From assembly GCA_031288835.1 (NCBI GenBank), contig JAITQO010000006.1, positions 132,340 through 164,339 on the forward strand: a DNA stretch of 32,000 nt, given 5' to 3'. The translations under genes were made by a program, and so were the position numbers. The notes beneath the pieces are model-generated. The model made no database searches, had not been told where the DNA came from, and saw only the letters and a program-made list of their open reading frames with translations. Shown here piece after piece: positions 14,885 to 23,714 of this stretch. This DNA is from Rickettsiales bacterium. GTDB lineage: Bacteria; Pseudomonadota; Alphaproteobacteria; Rs-D84. How positions within the stretch are numbered: the stretch's first letter is position 1; every line of letters begins with the position of its first letter.

Positions 14885-15729
14885 TCCCGTATCATGGCCT
14901 TCAGTTTGTTCATGTTTTTCTCGAAACTGTAGTTCTGCGCGCGGCGGATGTTTTCGTTCTCGAACTTCTCGCGCTGCTTCGACGGCGTTTCCAATATTTT
15001 TTGCAGCACATCGGACACGCCGTTTTTAAGCAGTATGTTGGGTTTTATGTCGCTCTGCCTCCACGCGGTCATGCGCCCCATCGCGTTGGCGGCGATTTTA
15101 TAGAAACTGCTTTTGTTGGACAGGGATATGATTGCGAAACTCGCCCGCATGAGCGACGGCAGGTCTTGCTCTTTCCCCACGTAAATGATTTGCGGGACGT
15201 TTTCGATTTTCCTGCTGATTCGCCGCGCCGTCCTATGGGTGATTTTTCCATAGAGGGCGATTATATAGTCGTCGCGTCCCAGTTCCTGAATCGTCTGAAT
15301 CAGGCTTTTTATGTCCTTTTCCGGAAAATCCATCGCAAGAAGCATCTTCTGGTGCGGCTGTATATTGTATTGCGCCAGCAGCATTGTCTGCCTGTTCCCG
15401 GAAATAGCCTTGGGATTCCATACGGACAGGTCGATTCCTATGTTCTCCAGAAACTCCGCCGCTTGCCGCCGCGCCTTTTTCGCGAACGCCGCCGCCGGCC
15501 CGTCGAAGCACACGATTTTTCCTTGAAAGTTTTTAATCTTTTTCGCGCCGAGCAAGCACCGGCCTATTTTGCGAAGGCGGATGAAATGCCTGGCCGAAAA
15601 ATACTGCAGGTTTTCATTCGCCGGCGCGCCTATGAAGACGTCGCATCCGCCGCGCGTCATCTGCTTCGAGAACGCAATCAGCTGGCGCGACAGATGCGAC
15701 GTTAAAAACAGCAAATTGTTATTCTGCAC
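14881..15729 (-). CDS. Glycosyltransferase-like protein (degenerate GT-B/GT4 pattern)
   Basis: GIDLSVWNP resembles the GT4 GVDxxxFxP motif, and IIYVGKEQDLPSLMRASFAIISLS resembles the GT4 C-terminal pattern. The canonical EX7E motif is not evident. Its stop overlaps the ftsQ ATG (ATGA). Confidence 0.4.
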   Translation of the reverse strand: MQNNNLLFLTSHLSRQLIAFSKQMTRGGCDVFIGAPANENLQYFSARHFIRLRKIGRCLLGAKKIKNFQGKIVCFDGPAAAFAKKARRQAAEFLENIGIDLSVWNPKAISGNRQTMLLAQYNIQPHQKMLLAMDFPEKDIKSLIQTIQELGRDDYIIALYGKITHRTARRISRKIENVPQIIYVGKEQDLPSLMRASFAIISLSNKSSFYKIAANAMGRMTAWRQSDIKPNILLKNGVSDVLQKILETPSKQREKFENENIRRAQNYSFEKNMNKLKAMIRE

Positions 15730-16105
15730 GGAGTAGGTATCCTTTTTTGAACATGCATTTCCTGTATGCGCCGACAGATTTGCTGGTCGTCCCCGGAGGG
15801 CTGGACATCAGGTACCTCTGCGGAATATCCTTGTTTTCGTTCGATTGGAAGGTCACCCACATTCCCTCCCAGTTCGGCATTTGGTTTCCGGCGTTCGGCA
15901 TCAGCAATTTCGCCACGCGCGAGCGCGGCATGTGCGCGGGCCGGTCCACGCCAAGGCAAACCTTGTGGTCCTTGACGAACTGCTCGCTGGTGACGGATTC
16001 GTTCTCCCAGTTCAGAATGGTGGCGTTGTCGATATTCCCGCTGTTCGGGCTGCTGCATGCGTAAATCGACAACAGACACGCGACAATAGGCAAGGTTTTT
16101 TTCAT
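15719..16105 (-). CDS. Lipoprotein of unknown function
   Basis: MKKTLPIVACLLSIYAC has a lipobox when started at ATG 16105 (or 16114). The track's longer start at 16264 would overlap the divergent gene. The 3' end overlaps the GT-like gene start by 11 nt. Confidence 0.55.
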   Translation of the reverse strand: MKKTLPIVACLLSIYACSSPNSGNIDNATILNWENESVTSEQFVKDHKVCLGVDRPAHMPRSRVAKLLMPNAGNQMPNWEGMWVTFQSNENKDIPQRYLMSSPPGTTSKSVGAYRKCMFKKGYLLRAE

Positions 16106-16126
16106 TGTCCGCATATTATAATTTAA

Positions 16127-16156
16127 TTGCGTCAAAGGGTCAATAGTTTCTATAAT
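16127..16156 (+). promoter_or_regulatory. Candidate promoter for the 16176-17776 two-gene operon
   Basis: TTGCGT (16127-16132), an 18-nt spacer, then TATAAT (16151-16156). The -10 box overlaps the track's ATG at 16155, which argues for the downstream ATG at 16176. That ATG has a GAGAGGG SD. Confidence 0.4.
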
Positions 16157-16175
16157 GTCCGAAAGAGAGGGCCGA

Positions 16176-16475
16176 ATGGAAAAGTTCAACGCTCTGGCCG
16201 GATTGTATGAAAAAGTCCGGACAGTCATGTCCGCCATATGCGTCGAAAAGGGCGGAATCGACATAGATAATTACAGCGGACGGTTCTTCGCCGCCGATTT
16301 GCTGGAACTTGTCGTCGCGTTTGGCGAAGCGGCCGGAGCGGACGTGTCGGAACTGAAGGCGGAGCTGGAGGCGAAGAAGGACAATCTCACGCCTTCGAGC
16401 AAGCCGATTTACGAAATGACTCTGGCGGAGTTCGAAAAGCTGATTGCGCCGGAGGAAGTAAAGGATTTGACATGA
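16176..16475 (+). CDS. Small acidic, predicted helical protein of unknown function
   Basis: 99 aa (MEKFNALAGLYEKV...) with no signal peptide. Its stop overlaps the ATG of the downstream lipoprotein (ATGA), which implies translational coupling. Confidence 0.5.
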   Translation: MEKFNALAGLYEKVRTVMSAICVEKGGIDIDNYSGRFFAADLLELVVAFGEAAGADVSELKAELEAKKDNLTPSSKPIYEMTLAEFEKLIAPEEVKDLT

Positions 16476-17776
16476 GGAAAATCTTGACGATAGTTTTTTG
16501 TTTCTTGCTTCTCGCGTCGTGCCAGCGGCAGAAAGGCGACGATTATGATTCGGTGCAGGTTGTCGAAAACTTTGTCGTGGACGAGCATTCCGTTCCGATT
16601 TATCCGAGAAAGGCGGCGCTGACGACCGACACCGCGCGGCGCTTTTCTTTGGAATTGCCGCGCCGCTGCCGCGTAGATTGGGACAACCAGAGCGTCCTGT
16701 CCGTTCTGCCAGAGGAAACCGTGGGTATTGTCAGGCTTGATTCCGGCGACAAATTGCCGCCATTCAACGTCAAGGATTACAAGTTTGAGAAAAAGACGGC
16801 CGCCGAGGCGCTGGCCGCGCTGCTTGAAGGAACGAAAATCCAGGTCGTGGAAGACCAGTCGATTCCCGACAGAATCTCGGCGGATATAAAATCGGGCGGC
16901 CTGGCGGACGCGGCAGAGTTGCTGTCGAAAATGGTGCGCTCTTATTACTACTATGACGACGACGCCAAGGAACTGCACCTGACCAACAACGCAAAATGGC
17001 TGGTCAAGATGCCGAAGAATGAAATGGTCGTAATGGCTCTGCTCGACGCCCTCCATGGCGCGGACATGTCGAACATGGTGGTAAATTGGGATGACAAGAC
17101 TTTATCCTTCGACGGGAATTACCAGACGGAAAAGGAGGCGCGCGGCATCCTGGCGGACATCGGAACGCGCAATTTCCTGATTGCGTATGACATGGACGTC
17201 TACCGCGTTTATCCGAGAACCGAAAATCCGATTGTTTGGATGAACATCCTGCCGGCGTTCGGCGACAAGAATGTGAAAATGTCCATTCCGGGCGTAATGG
17301 GGCGCGCATTGGTCGTGTCGCCGGAAATCAACACCAAGACACTGCAGACATTTCTGGCGCAACAGGCGAACGTCGTTCTGATTTCCGAGGGGTCGTTCGT
17401 GGTTCCGAACGGCTGGTCGTCGCGGTTCGACATAGGGCAGTGCACGAAGGAAGAGCGGCTCGAAACCGACCTGATTGTCGGCGCCCGCGGCAGATACGGC
17501 GATTACGGCGGAAAGAAAAAAGTCGAATCCAAGATAGTTCTGCGCACGCACAACGGCGAAGTTGCGAACTTTGACGTTCCGACGAACATGGGCGACAATA
17601 TGGTGATTATCGGAATCCCGACCCACGCGTTCGTCCAGGACCCGGAGACGACGATTTCCCCGTTCGCCGAACTGGTCGTGTTCATCAGCCCGAAGGTCAT
17701 ATCGATTGTTCCTGCGGAAGACAAGGACGGCGAACCGCTCGCCGGCGCCGCTCTGCGCGAGTATTTGGAGGAATGA
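16472..17776 (+). CDS. Outer-membrane lipoprotein with secretin-like domain organisation
   Basis: It has the lipobox LLLASC. There are N-domain-like repeats: KFEKKTAAEALAALLEGTKIQVVED, then LADAAELLSKMVRSYYYYDDDAKELHLT, then ADIGTRNFLIAYDMDVYRVY. The segment TFLAQQANVVLISEGSFVVPNG and the C-terminal GDNMVIIGI...AELVVFISPKVI resemble the end of secretin domains. Confidence 0.45.
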   Translation: MRKILTIVFCFLLLASCQRQKGDDYDSVQVVENFVVDEHSVPIYPRKAALTTDTARRFSLELPRRCRVDWDNQSVLSVLPEETVGIVRLDSGDKLPPFNVKDYKFEKKTAAEALAALLEGTKIQVVEDQSIPDRISADIKSGGLADAAELLSKMVRSYYYYDDDAKELHLTNNAKWLVKMPKNEMVVMALLDALHGADMSNMVVNWDDKTLSFDGNYQTEKEARGILADIGTRNFLIAYDMDVYRVYPRTENPIVWMNILPAFGDKNVKMSIPGVMGRALVVSPEINTKTLQTFLAQQANVVLISEGSFVVPNGWSSRFDIGQCTKEERLETDLIVGARGRYGDYGGKKKVESKIVLRTHNGEVANFDVPTNMGDNMVIIGIPTHAFVQDPETTISPFAELVVFISPKVISIVPAEDKDGEPLAGAALREYLEE

Positions 17777-17785
17777 AACAGGAGA

Positions 17786-18493
17786 ATGTGTCGGGAAATG
17801 AAATATGATTTCGATTTTGAGAAGGTGAAAAACTCGGTTGCGGATTTGATGAAATCGGCCGGTGGGCACGGGTTGAAACATGCGCTGGATGTTCTTGAAA
17901 ATGCTATGAAAATCGCCGCGGGCGAGGATGGAAAAGGCGCGGATAAAAATATAATCGCCCTGGTGGCGCTGCTTCATGATGTCGACGACTATAAATTTTT
18001 CGGCAATTCGGAGAATTATGGAAACGCGCGGAGGATTATGGCGGACGCCCGGATTGCGCCGGAGGTTCAGGCGCGCGTCACTGATGGAATAAAAACAATC
18101 GGATTTTCCAAACGGCTGAAGGGTATTGTTCCAGAATTTTTGGAGGCGAAAATCGTGTCCGACGCCGACATGATGGATGGAATGAATTACGAGCAAGCGC
18201 TGCAGAGAATGGAAGATTACAGGCAGGGCGGGGCTGTCTTGTTTGATGCAAAAGTTTTGCCCAGACTAAATGTGTCCGCCGAAGAATATGGAAAAAGGCC
18301 GACTGTTCCGCTGGTCAATCATATAATGGAAAAACTTTTGAGGCTGAAGGACATGATGCTGACGGACGCTGGGCGCGCGGCCGCGGAAAAACAACATATA
18401 TTTCTGCGCGGGTTTCTTCGGGGCGTATTCAAGTCCCATAATGCGGCCGAATGGAACGAAATGCTGGACAAACAATTGAATCTGGAAAAATAA
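17786..18493 (+). CDS. HD-domain metal-dependent phosphohydrolase
   Basis: GLKHALDV...ALLHDVDD forms the H...HD...D signature, and the protein is 235 aa. Confidence 0.7.
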   Translation: MCREMKYDFDFEKVKNSVADLMKSAGGHGLKHALDVLENAMKIAAGEDGKGADKNIIALVALLHDVDDYKFFGNSENYGNARRIMADARIAPEVQARVTDGIKTIGFSKRLKGIVPEFLEAKIVSDADMMDGMNYEQALQRMEDYRQGGAVLFDAKVLPRLNVSAEEYGKRPTVPLVNHIMEKLLRLKDMMLTDAGRAAAEKQHIFLRGFLRGVFKSHNAAEWNEMLDKQLNLEK

Positions 18494-18494
18494 A

Positions 18495-19748
18495 ATGTTC
18501 ACGAAGCTCGAAAGAAAAGTTGCATTCCGATACATGCGCACGAGAAAGCGCGGGTTCGGCAGCGTCATCTCATGGGTGTCCCTTGTCGGGATAATGCTCG
18601 GCGTCGCGACGCTGGTCGTCGTCATGTCCGTGATGTCCGGATTTCATCACGTCCTGTTGTCGCGCATAGTCGGAATGAACGGGCATATCGTGATTTACCA
18701 CCAGGACGGGGCAATCAGGGATTTCGATTATCTGATAAGAAAAATCAGCGAGGACAAGCGCGTCTCCGGCGCCGCGACAGGAATTGTTCCGGTGGTCGAG
18801 GGGCAGGTGATGGCGTCCTTTAACGGCAGGAACTCGGGCGCGATGGTGCGCGGAATCCGCATGTCCGACCTGTCCAAAAAGGTCGACGCCGGAACGAAGA
18901 TTTACGGCTCGGCGCTTGCAAAAATCGCGGGCGGCGACGTCGTCATGGGCGCGACGCTCGCGCGCAGCTTGCGTCTGACACTCGGCGACAGCGCAACCTT
19001 GGTTTCCGCAAACGGCGGCACGCCCACCGCGTTCGGAATGATGCCGAGAATCATGTCGTATAAGGTCGCGTCCACTTTTTTCATGGGAATGCACGAATAT
19101 GATTCCGGCTTTGTCTTCATGCCGCTTGACGCCGCGCAGAAGTATCTGAACATCGGGAACGCCGCGACGCACGTCGACATATTCCTGAGAAATCCGAACG
19201 ACACCGATTCGATAAAGCGCATTGTCGCGGACAATCTGCCGAACGGGTTCGTCGTCCGCGACTGGCGGGAACTGAACCGCGGATTCGTCGGCGCGCTGCA
19301 GGTCGAATCGAACGTGATGTTTTTAATCCTGCTTTTGATTGTGATTGTCGCCGCGTTCAACATCGTGTCGTCGCTGGTCATGCTGGTCAAGGACAAATCG
19401 CGCGACATCGCTGTATTCCGGACGTTCGGCGTGCCCAGAAAATCGATTATGAAAATCTTTATTCTTTCCGGCACAAGCATAGGAATCGTCGGCGCGCTCG
19501 TCGGCGCGGGGCTCGGCGTTTTGATTGCGAGTTACGTAGAGCAAATCAGGCAGTTCTTCCAATGGGCGACCGGGCGCGATTTGTTTCCGGCGGAAATGTA
19601 TTATCTCTCCGAACTGCCGTCCGAAATAAACGTTGCGTCCGTTGTCGGGATAGCGTTGGTTGCGATTCTTTTGGCGTTTCTGGCGACATTGTATCCGGCG
19701 TGGAAGGCTGGCAAAACAGACCCGGTGGAGGTTCTGAGATATGAGTAG
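18495..19748 (+). CDS. lolC: Lipoprotein-release ABC transporter permease LolC/LolE
   Basis: 417 aa. FRYMRTRKRGFGSVISWVSLVGIMLGVATLVVVMSVMSGF is typical, as is the FtsX-type C-terminal four-TM module. lolD follows directly. Confidence 0.85.
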   Translation: MFTKLERKVAFRYMRTRKRGFGSVISWVSLVGIMLGVATLVVVMSVMSGFHHVLLSRIVGMNGHIVIYHQDGAIRDFDYLIRKISEDKRVSGAATGIVPVVEGQVMASFNGRNSGAMVRGIRMSDLSKKVDAGTKIYGSALAKIAGGDVVMGATLARSLRLTLGDSATLVSANGGTPTAFGMMPRIMSYKVASTFFMGMHEYDSGFVFMPLDAAQKYLNIGNAATHVDIFLRNPNDTDSIKRIVADNLPNGFVVRDWRELNRGFVGALQVESNVMFLILLLIVIVAAFNIVSSLVMLVKDKSRDIAVFRTFGVPRKSIMKIFILSGTSIGIVGALVGAGLGVLIASYVEQIRQFFQWATGRDLFPAEMYYLSELPSEINVASVVGIALVAILLAFLATLYPAWKAGKTDPVEVLRYE

Positions 19749-20454
19749 CATTCTGAAATCATTGTCGAAGGCGCCGCTCGCGAGGCCCGTTCTGTCCGCT
19801 CGCGATATCGGCAGGACGTTCATCGACGGCAACGGCCAGCCGCTCGCGATATTGCGCGGCGGCGGATTCGATTTGCGCAGGGGCGAGATAGTCGCGCTGG
19901 TCGGCCCGTCCGGCTGCGGCAAATCCACGCTGCTCCAATGCGTCGGGTTGCTCGACCGGCCGACGCGCGGTCAAATCATAATAGCGGGCGTTGCGGCCAA
20001 TAAATTGAATGATGCGGAAAGGACGCTGCTGCGCCGGCATAAAATCGGATTCGTTTATCAGCGAAACAACCTGCTGTCGGATTTTTCGGCGCTTGAAAAC
20101 GTGATAATGCCGATGCTGGCGGCGGGCGTTCCCGAGGGCGATGCCGTTCTGCGCGCGAAGAAATTGCTGAAAACCATGAACATCCTGCATCGCGCGCTTC
20201 ATCTTCCGTCCGAGATGTCCGGAGGCGAGCAGCAGCGCGTCGCCGTCGCGCGGGCGTTGGCGAACAATCCTGACATAATCCTGGCGGACGAGCCGACCGG
20301 TTCGCTCGACCCTCAGCATGCAAAGGTCGTCTTCAATCTTCTGGTCGATATCGTTAAAAAGACCGGAACCGCGATGTTGTTTGTGACGCATGATTTGGAA
20401 TTGGCGAAAAGCGCCAACCGGACAATTACAATAAAAAACGGAAGGATAGGGTAA
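19741..20454 (+). CDS. lolD: Lipoprotein-release ABC transporter ATP-binding protein LolD
   Basis: It has Walker [10 protein letters not shown], the signature SGGEQQR and Walker B ILADEPTG. It overlaps the lolC end by 8 nt. Confidence 0.9.
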   Translation: MSSILKSLSKAPLARPVLSARDIGRTFIDGNGQPLAILRGGGFDLRRGEIVALVGPSGCGKSTLLQCVGLLDRPTRGQIIIAGVAANKLNDAERTLLRRHKIGFVYQRNNLLSDFSALENVIMPMLAAGVPEGDAVLRAKKLLKTMNILHRALHLPSEMSGGEQQRVAVARALANNPDIILADEPTGSLDPQHAKVVFNLLVDIVKKTGTAMLFVTHDLELAKSANRTITIKNGRIG

Positions 20455-20704
20455 TCGCTCTCCCTATCGGGATTTATCAACTCCTGTCAAAAGCGTCGGC
20501 AGACGATAAACGCCTCCTGGCAGAATGTCTGCGGAATAAATCGAAGGCGCCGAATTATCCCTGGTGACAACCTTCTGCCACCACTTTGGTAGCTTTTATG
20601 AGAAGATGAAATAAAAGTGTTTTTGCTACCATTATGAAACCGCGGAACAAGGGAGTTCTTCAAGATTGGCATGAACGATTCCGGCGTCTGCCGGATTCGG
20701 AGAT

Positions 20705-22309
20705 TTAGTTCGCCTTCATCCTAACTTCGTCGATTAATTGCTTGTCCACGGAGTCGAGTTTCGTCGGTTGAAACGCCGGGTCGGAGACGACCTCGCCTTC
20801 TTCTTCCGGATATACCTCCACCGGCTCGGGATTTTCATATGGCGCGTCCGCATAGGAAGTCGCCCCGTATGTTTTCGAGTGGTATTTTGACGCAATATGC
20901 TCCGGCAGGCGGATATAGTTCATCGGGTCATATCCGTCGGACGAAAGTTTTTTTCTGAACGGCTTGCCCAGTTCATAGTCCGACGTTTGGTAAATCGGCT
21001 TTGTGAAACTCGATTCGGCGCGCTTTTTGATGGTCGGAAGAGAAACGCCGTTCAGCTGCATTATCACGAGCGCCCTCTCGTTTTCGCCGTTCGGGCGCAG
21101 TCTGACCAATCCGTCCATCCCGTTGTATCCGCTTGGGTCCAAAAGATACGCGCCGATTGGCTTCGGCCCCGACAGCGCCTTTATCGCCAGCATTGCCGCG
21201 TCGTATGCGATGGTGTCGAACCGGGTCGGCCTCACCCCCTCTATTTCCGAATAAAGTCTCATGAACGAATCGGATATGCGCGGCAGGCCGGCGTATTCGC
21301 CGCCCGCGAGCGAACTGTCGCGGTATGCTATGTCCGTGTCCCACAATGCCGAGCCGTAAAACTGCGTCGTGCCGGCGGTGATGTCGTAATAACGCAGGTA
21401 TGCGCCCAGTGTCTTGCTGTCCGCCGCCGTTCCGAGGAACAAGACGGAATCAAACGGCGCTTCGCCCAGTGAATCGCGCTTGTTCAGTTCCTCCAGTTGC
21501 GTTTTGATAGAGTCTTTTTCGGACGGAATTAGCTTTTGGTTGATTAGAACGTCCGACAAAATCTCCTTCGCGTTCACAAGGTTGCTTGCCCGCGCCTGAT
21601 ACAGCGACACCTCCTCCGCCAAGGACTTCATGTCCGCCGCGTCCTGCTCTATGAAAAAATACAACCCCGCGACGTCCACGTCGTATATTCGCGCGGATTG
21701 GAGCGCATTGTTCGCCAACATGTATCCGGTCGCGGTATCCGGGGCGAGAATCAGCAGTTTTTTCTTCTCCTCGACCTTGATTTGCTTCATAATCGCCTCG
21801 ACGGCCTGGTTTGGAATCAGGGCCAGCGTGAACACCCCGTCGCCCAGAGCGCGCTTTGCGGACGTAAATGTCAGCGCCGCCAATTCCGTCGGCTTCATTT
21901 CCTTCAGCATCTCGGCGTCGTCGGCGAACAGGGGGCCTATAATCAAGTCCGGCTTGTTCGATAAAACCATGTCCATGACGCGGCGGCGGTCCTCTGTCTT
22001 GCCGCTGATGTCGTGGAAGGATACCATTATGTTTCCGGGCTGCTTTTGGAAGAACGCGATTTCAATCGCATGCTGTATTCCCGTTCCGACCGCGCCGTTC
22101 GGGCCGGACAAAGGCAACAGAACGGACACGGTTTTCAGGGTTTTATCCACCGGCTCGGCCCCGTATTCGCTTGCCGGGCTTTCCATCATTTCGGTCGGAG
22201 CCGCCGGCTCGGTCCCGGACCATTCGCTTCCCCATTCGCGCCCGTGGTCCACGCAGCCGTTCAAGAACGCAAAACCCAACAATAAAAACGCCGCTTTCTT
22301 CATAAACAT
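20705..22309 (-). CDS. lpoA: LpoA-like lipoprotein with a type-1 periplasmic-binding fold (putative PBP1 activator)
   Basis: It has the lipobox FLNGC and a Leu/Ile/Val-binding-protein-like core (VSVLLPLSGPNGAVG...). It is divergent from rsmI, matching the conserved lpoA(yraM)/rsmI(yraL) arrangement in E. coli. Confidence 0.55.
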   Translation of the reverse strand: MFMKKAAFLLLGFAFLNGCVDHGREWGSEWSGTEPAAPTEMMESPASEYGAEPVDKTLKTVSVLLPLSGPNGAVGTGIQHAIEIAFFQKQPGNIMVSFHDISGKTEDRRRVMDMVLSNKPDLIIGPLFADDAEMLKEMKPTELAALTFTSAKRALGDGVFTLALIPNQAVEAIMKQIKVEEKKKLLILAPDTATGYMLANNALQSARIYDVDVAGLYFFIEQDAADMKSLAEEVSLYQARASNLVNAKEILSDVLINQKLIPSEKDSIKTQLEELNKRDSLGEAPFDSVLFLGTAADSKTLGAYLRYYDITAGTTQFYGSALWDTDIAYRDSSLAGGEYAGLPRISDSFMRLYSEIEGVRPTRFDTIAYDAAMLAIKALSGPKPIGAYLLDPSGYNGMDGLVRLRPNGENERALVIMQLNGVSLPTIKKRAESSFTKPIYQTSDYELGKPFRKKLSSDGYDPMNYIRLPEHIASKYHSKTYGATSYADAPYENPEPVEVYPEEEGEVVSDPAFQPTKLDSVDKQLIDEVRMKAN

Positions 22310-22325
22310 TGAAAATACTCCGATA

Positions 22326-22342
22326 TTGTTATATTATAACAA
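22326..22342. promoter_or_regulatory. Perfect 17-bp palindrome in the lpoA/rsmI divergent promoter region
   Basis: TTGTTATA-T-TATAACAA. Its half-site TTGTTA/TAACAA is the same as in the repeats upstream of virB3. Confidence 0.4.
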
Positions 22343-22407
22343 AAAGGGCAAGACATATGCAACTGTGTTCCGGATATTTTTTGTCCTTGAAATCTGAATA
22401 ACGGATT

Positions 22408-23205
22408 ATGACGATGAAAAACGGTTTATATATTGTCGGGACGCCGATTGGAAATATGGGCGACATGTCGCCGCGCGCCATTGAAGCGCTGAAAAATGCG
22501 GATATAATCGCGTGCGAGGATACCCGCGTGTCCGGAAAGCTATTGGAGCATTTCGGTATAAAAAATAATCTTGCGGTATTCGCTGAGCATAACGAAACGG
22601 AAGTCCTTCCGGCGTTTTTGGAAAAAATCAGAATGTCGCCGGTCGCGCTGATTACCGATTCCGGAATGCCGGGGATTTCGGACCCTGGGTTCCGCCTTGT
22701 CCGCGCATGCAGGGATGCGGGCCTGCCGGTTTTTGTCGCGCCCTGCGCGTCGGCGGCAATCAGCGCGCTTGTGCTGTCCGGTTTTCCGACGGACAGATTC
22801 ACCTTTTGCGGCTTTTTCAAAGGAGGGAAGGAGCTGTCCGAAGACAACAGAATCCGGCATACGATTATCTACTATGAATCGCCGAAGCGGATTATGGAAA
22901 CTCTCGCGCTATGCGCGAAGGTCATGCCGGAACGAAAGGTGGCAATTGTCCGGGAAATCACGAAGATGCACGAGGAAACCATTATCGGTTATCCAGCCGA
23001 TTTGGCGAACATAGAGCCGCCGCGCGGAGAAATCGTTTTGGTCATAGCTCCGGCGCCGGCCAGAAAAATCACCGATGCCGAGATTTCCGGAATTGTGAGC
23101 GACGTTGTCGGCGCCGGATTGAGAACCAAGGACGCCGCCGCGGAAATTGTCAAAATAACGGGCATTTCCAAAAAAGAAGCATACGAAAGGGTGCTTAAAA
23201 AATGA
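22408..23205 (+). CDS. rsmI: 16S rRNA (cytidine1402-2'-O)-methyltransferase RsmI
   Basis: LYIVGTPIGNMGDMSPRAIEALKNADIIACEDTR, the tetrapyrrole-methylase fold and YESPKR are RsmI hallmarks. Confidence 0.9.
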   Translation: MTMKNGLYIVGTPIGNMGDMSPRAIEALKNADIIACEDTRVSGKLLEHFGIKNNLAVFAEHNETEVLPAFLEKIRMSPVALITDSGMPGISDPGFRLVRACRDAGLPVFVAPCASAAISALVLSGFPTDRFTFCGFFKGGKELSEDNRIRHTIIYYESPKRIMETLALCAKVMPERKVAIVREITKMHEETIIGYPADLANIEPPRGEIVLVIAPAPARKITDAEISGIVSDVVGAGLRTKDAAAEIVKITGISKKEAYERVLKK

Positions 23206-23714
23206 TAACTTTCATGGGGGCGTTTGACAGCGTGAGAAATCTGCCGCGGCATCCGAGCATAAGGGAATACGCCTTTGCCGGAAGGTCGAACGTCGGAAAG
23301 TCGTCTTTGCTGAATGCGCTGGCGGGTGTCAAAGTAGCCAGGGTGTCGAACACGCCCGGCCGGACGCGCGCGCTTAATCTATTCAACTGGGACGACAGAG
23401 TATGGCTGATGGATTTGCCGGGATATGGATACGCGCGCGTGTCGAAAGACGAGCAAATCGCATGGCTGAACCGCTTGGAGGAATATCTGTCGTCGCGCGC
23501 GGAATTGAAAAAATTGTTTATTCTGATTGATTCCAGGATTGGAGCGAAGGACGTCGACAAAATTATCATTGATTTTTGCAATTCTCGAAAAATCCCGTTT
23601 CAAATCGTTTATACGAAATGCGACAAAAAAGAAGCGCTGAGTTTCGACGACGGGATTATGACCAGCAGCGAAAGGAAGACCGGGATTGGAGAATTGAAAT
23701 GCTGTATCAAATAA
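23202..23714 (+). CDS. engB: Ribosome-biogenesis GTPase EngB/YihA
   Basis: G1 is GRSNVGKSS, G2 is PGRT, G3 is DLPGYG and G4 is TKCD. Its start overlaps the rsmI stop (ATGA). Confidence 0.85.
   Translation: MITFMGAFDSVRNLPRHPSIREYAFAGRSNVGKSSLLNALAGVKVARVSNTPGRTRALNLFNWDDRVWLMDLPGYGYARVSKDEQIAWLNRLEEYLSSRAELKKLFILIDSRIGAKDVDKIIIDFCNSRKIPFQIVYTKCDKKEALSFDDGIMTSSERKTGIGELKCCIK

Noticed and set aside
18578-18587. GTCCCTTGTC inside lolC, matching the right arm of the palindromic element.
   Set aside because: It is only a 10-nt match. It encodes a conserved LolC transmembrane segment (VSLVGI), it has no flanking repeat units, and it is compatible with chance.
20487-20672. A 61-aa minus-strand ORF in the lolD/lpoA intergenic region.
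   Set aside because: It has no SD and an odd composition. The region is better explained by RNA-level secondary structure.
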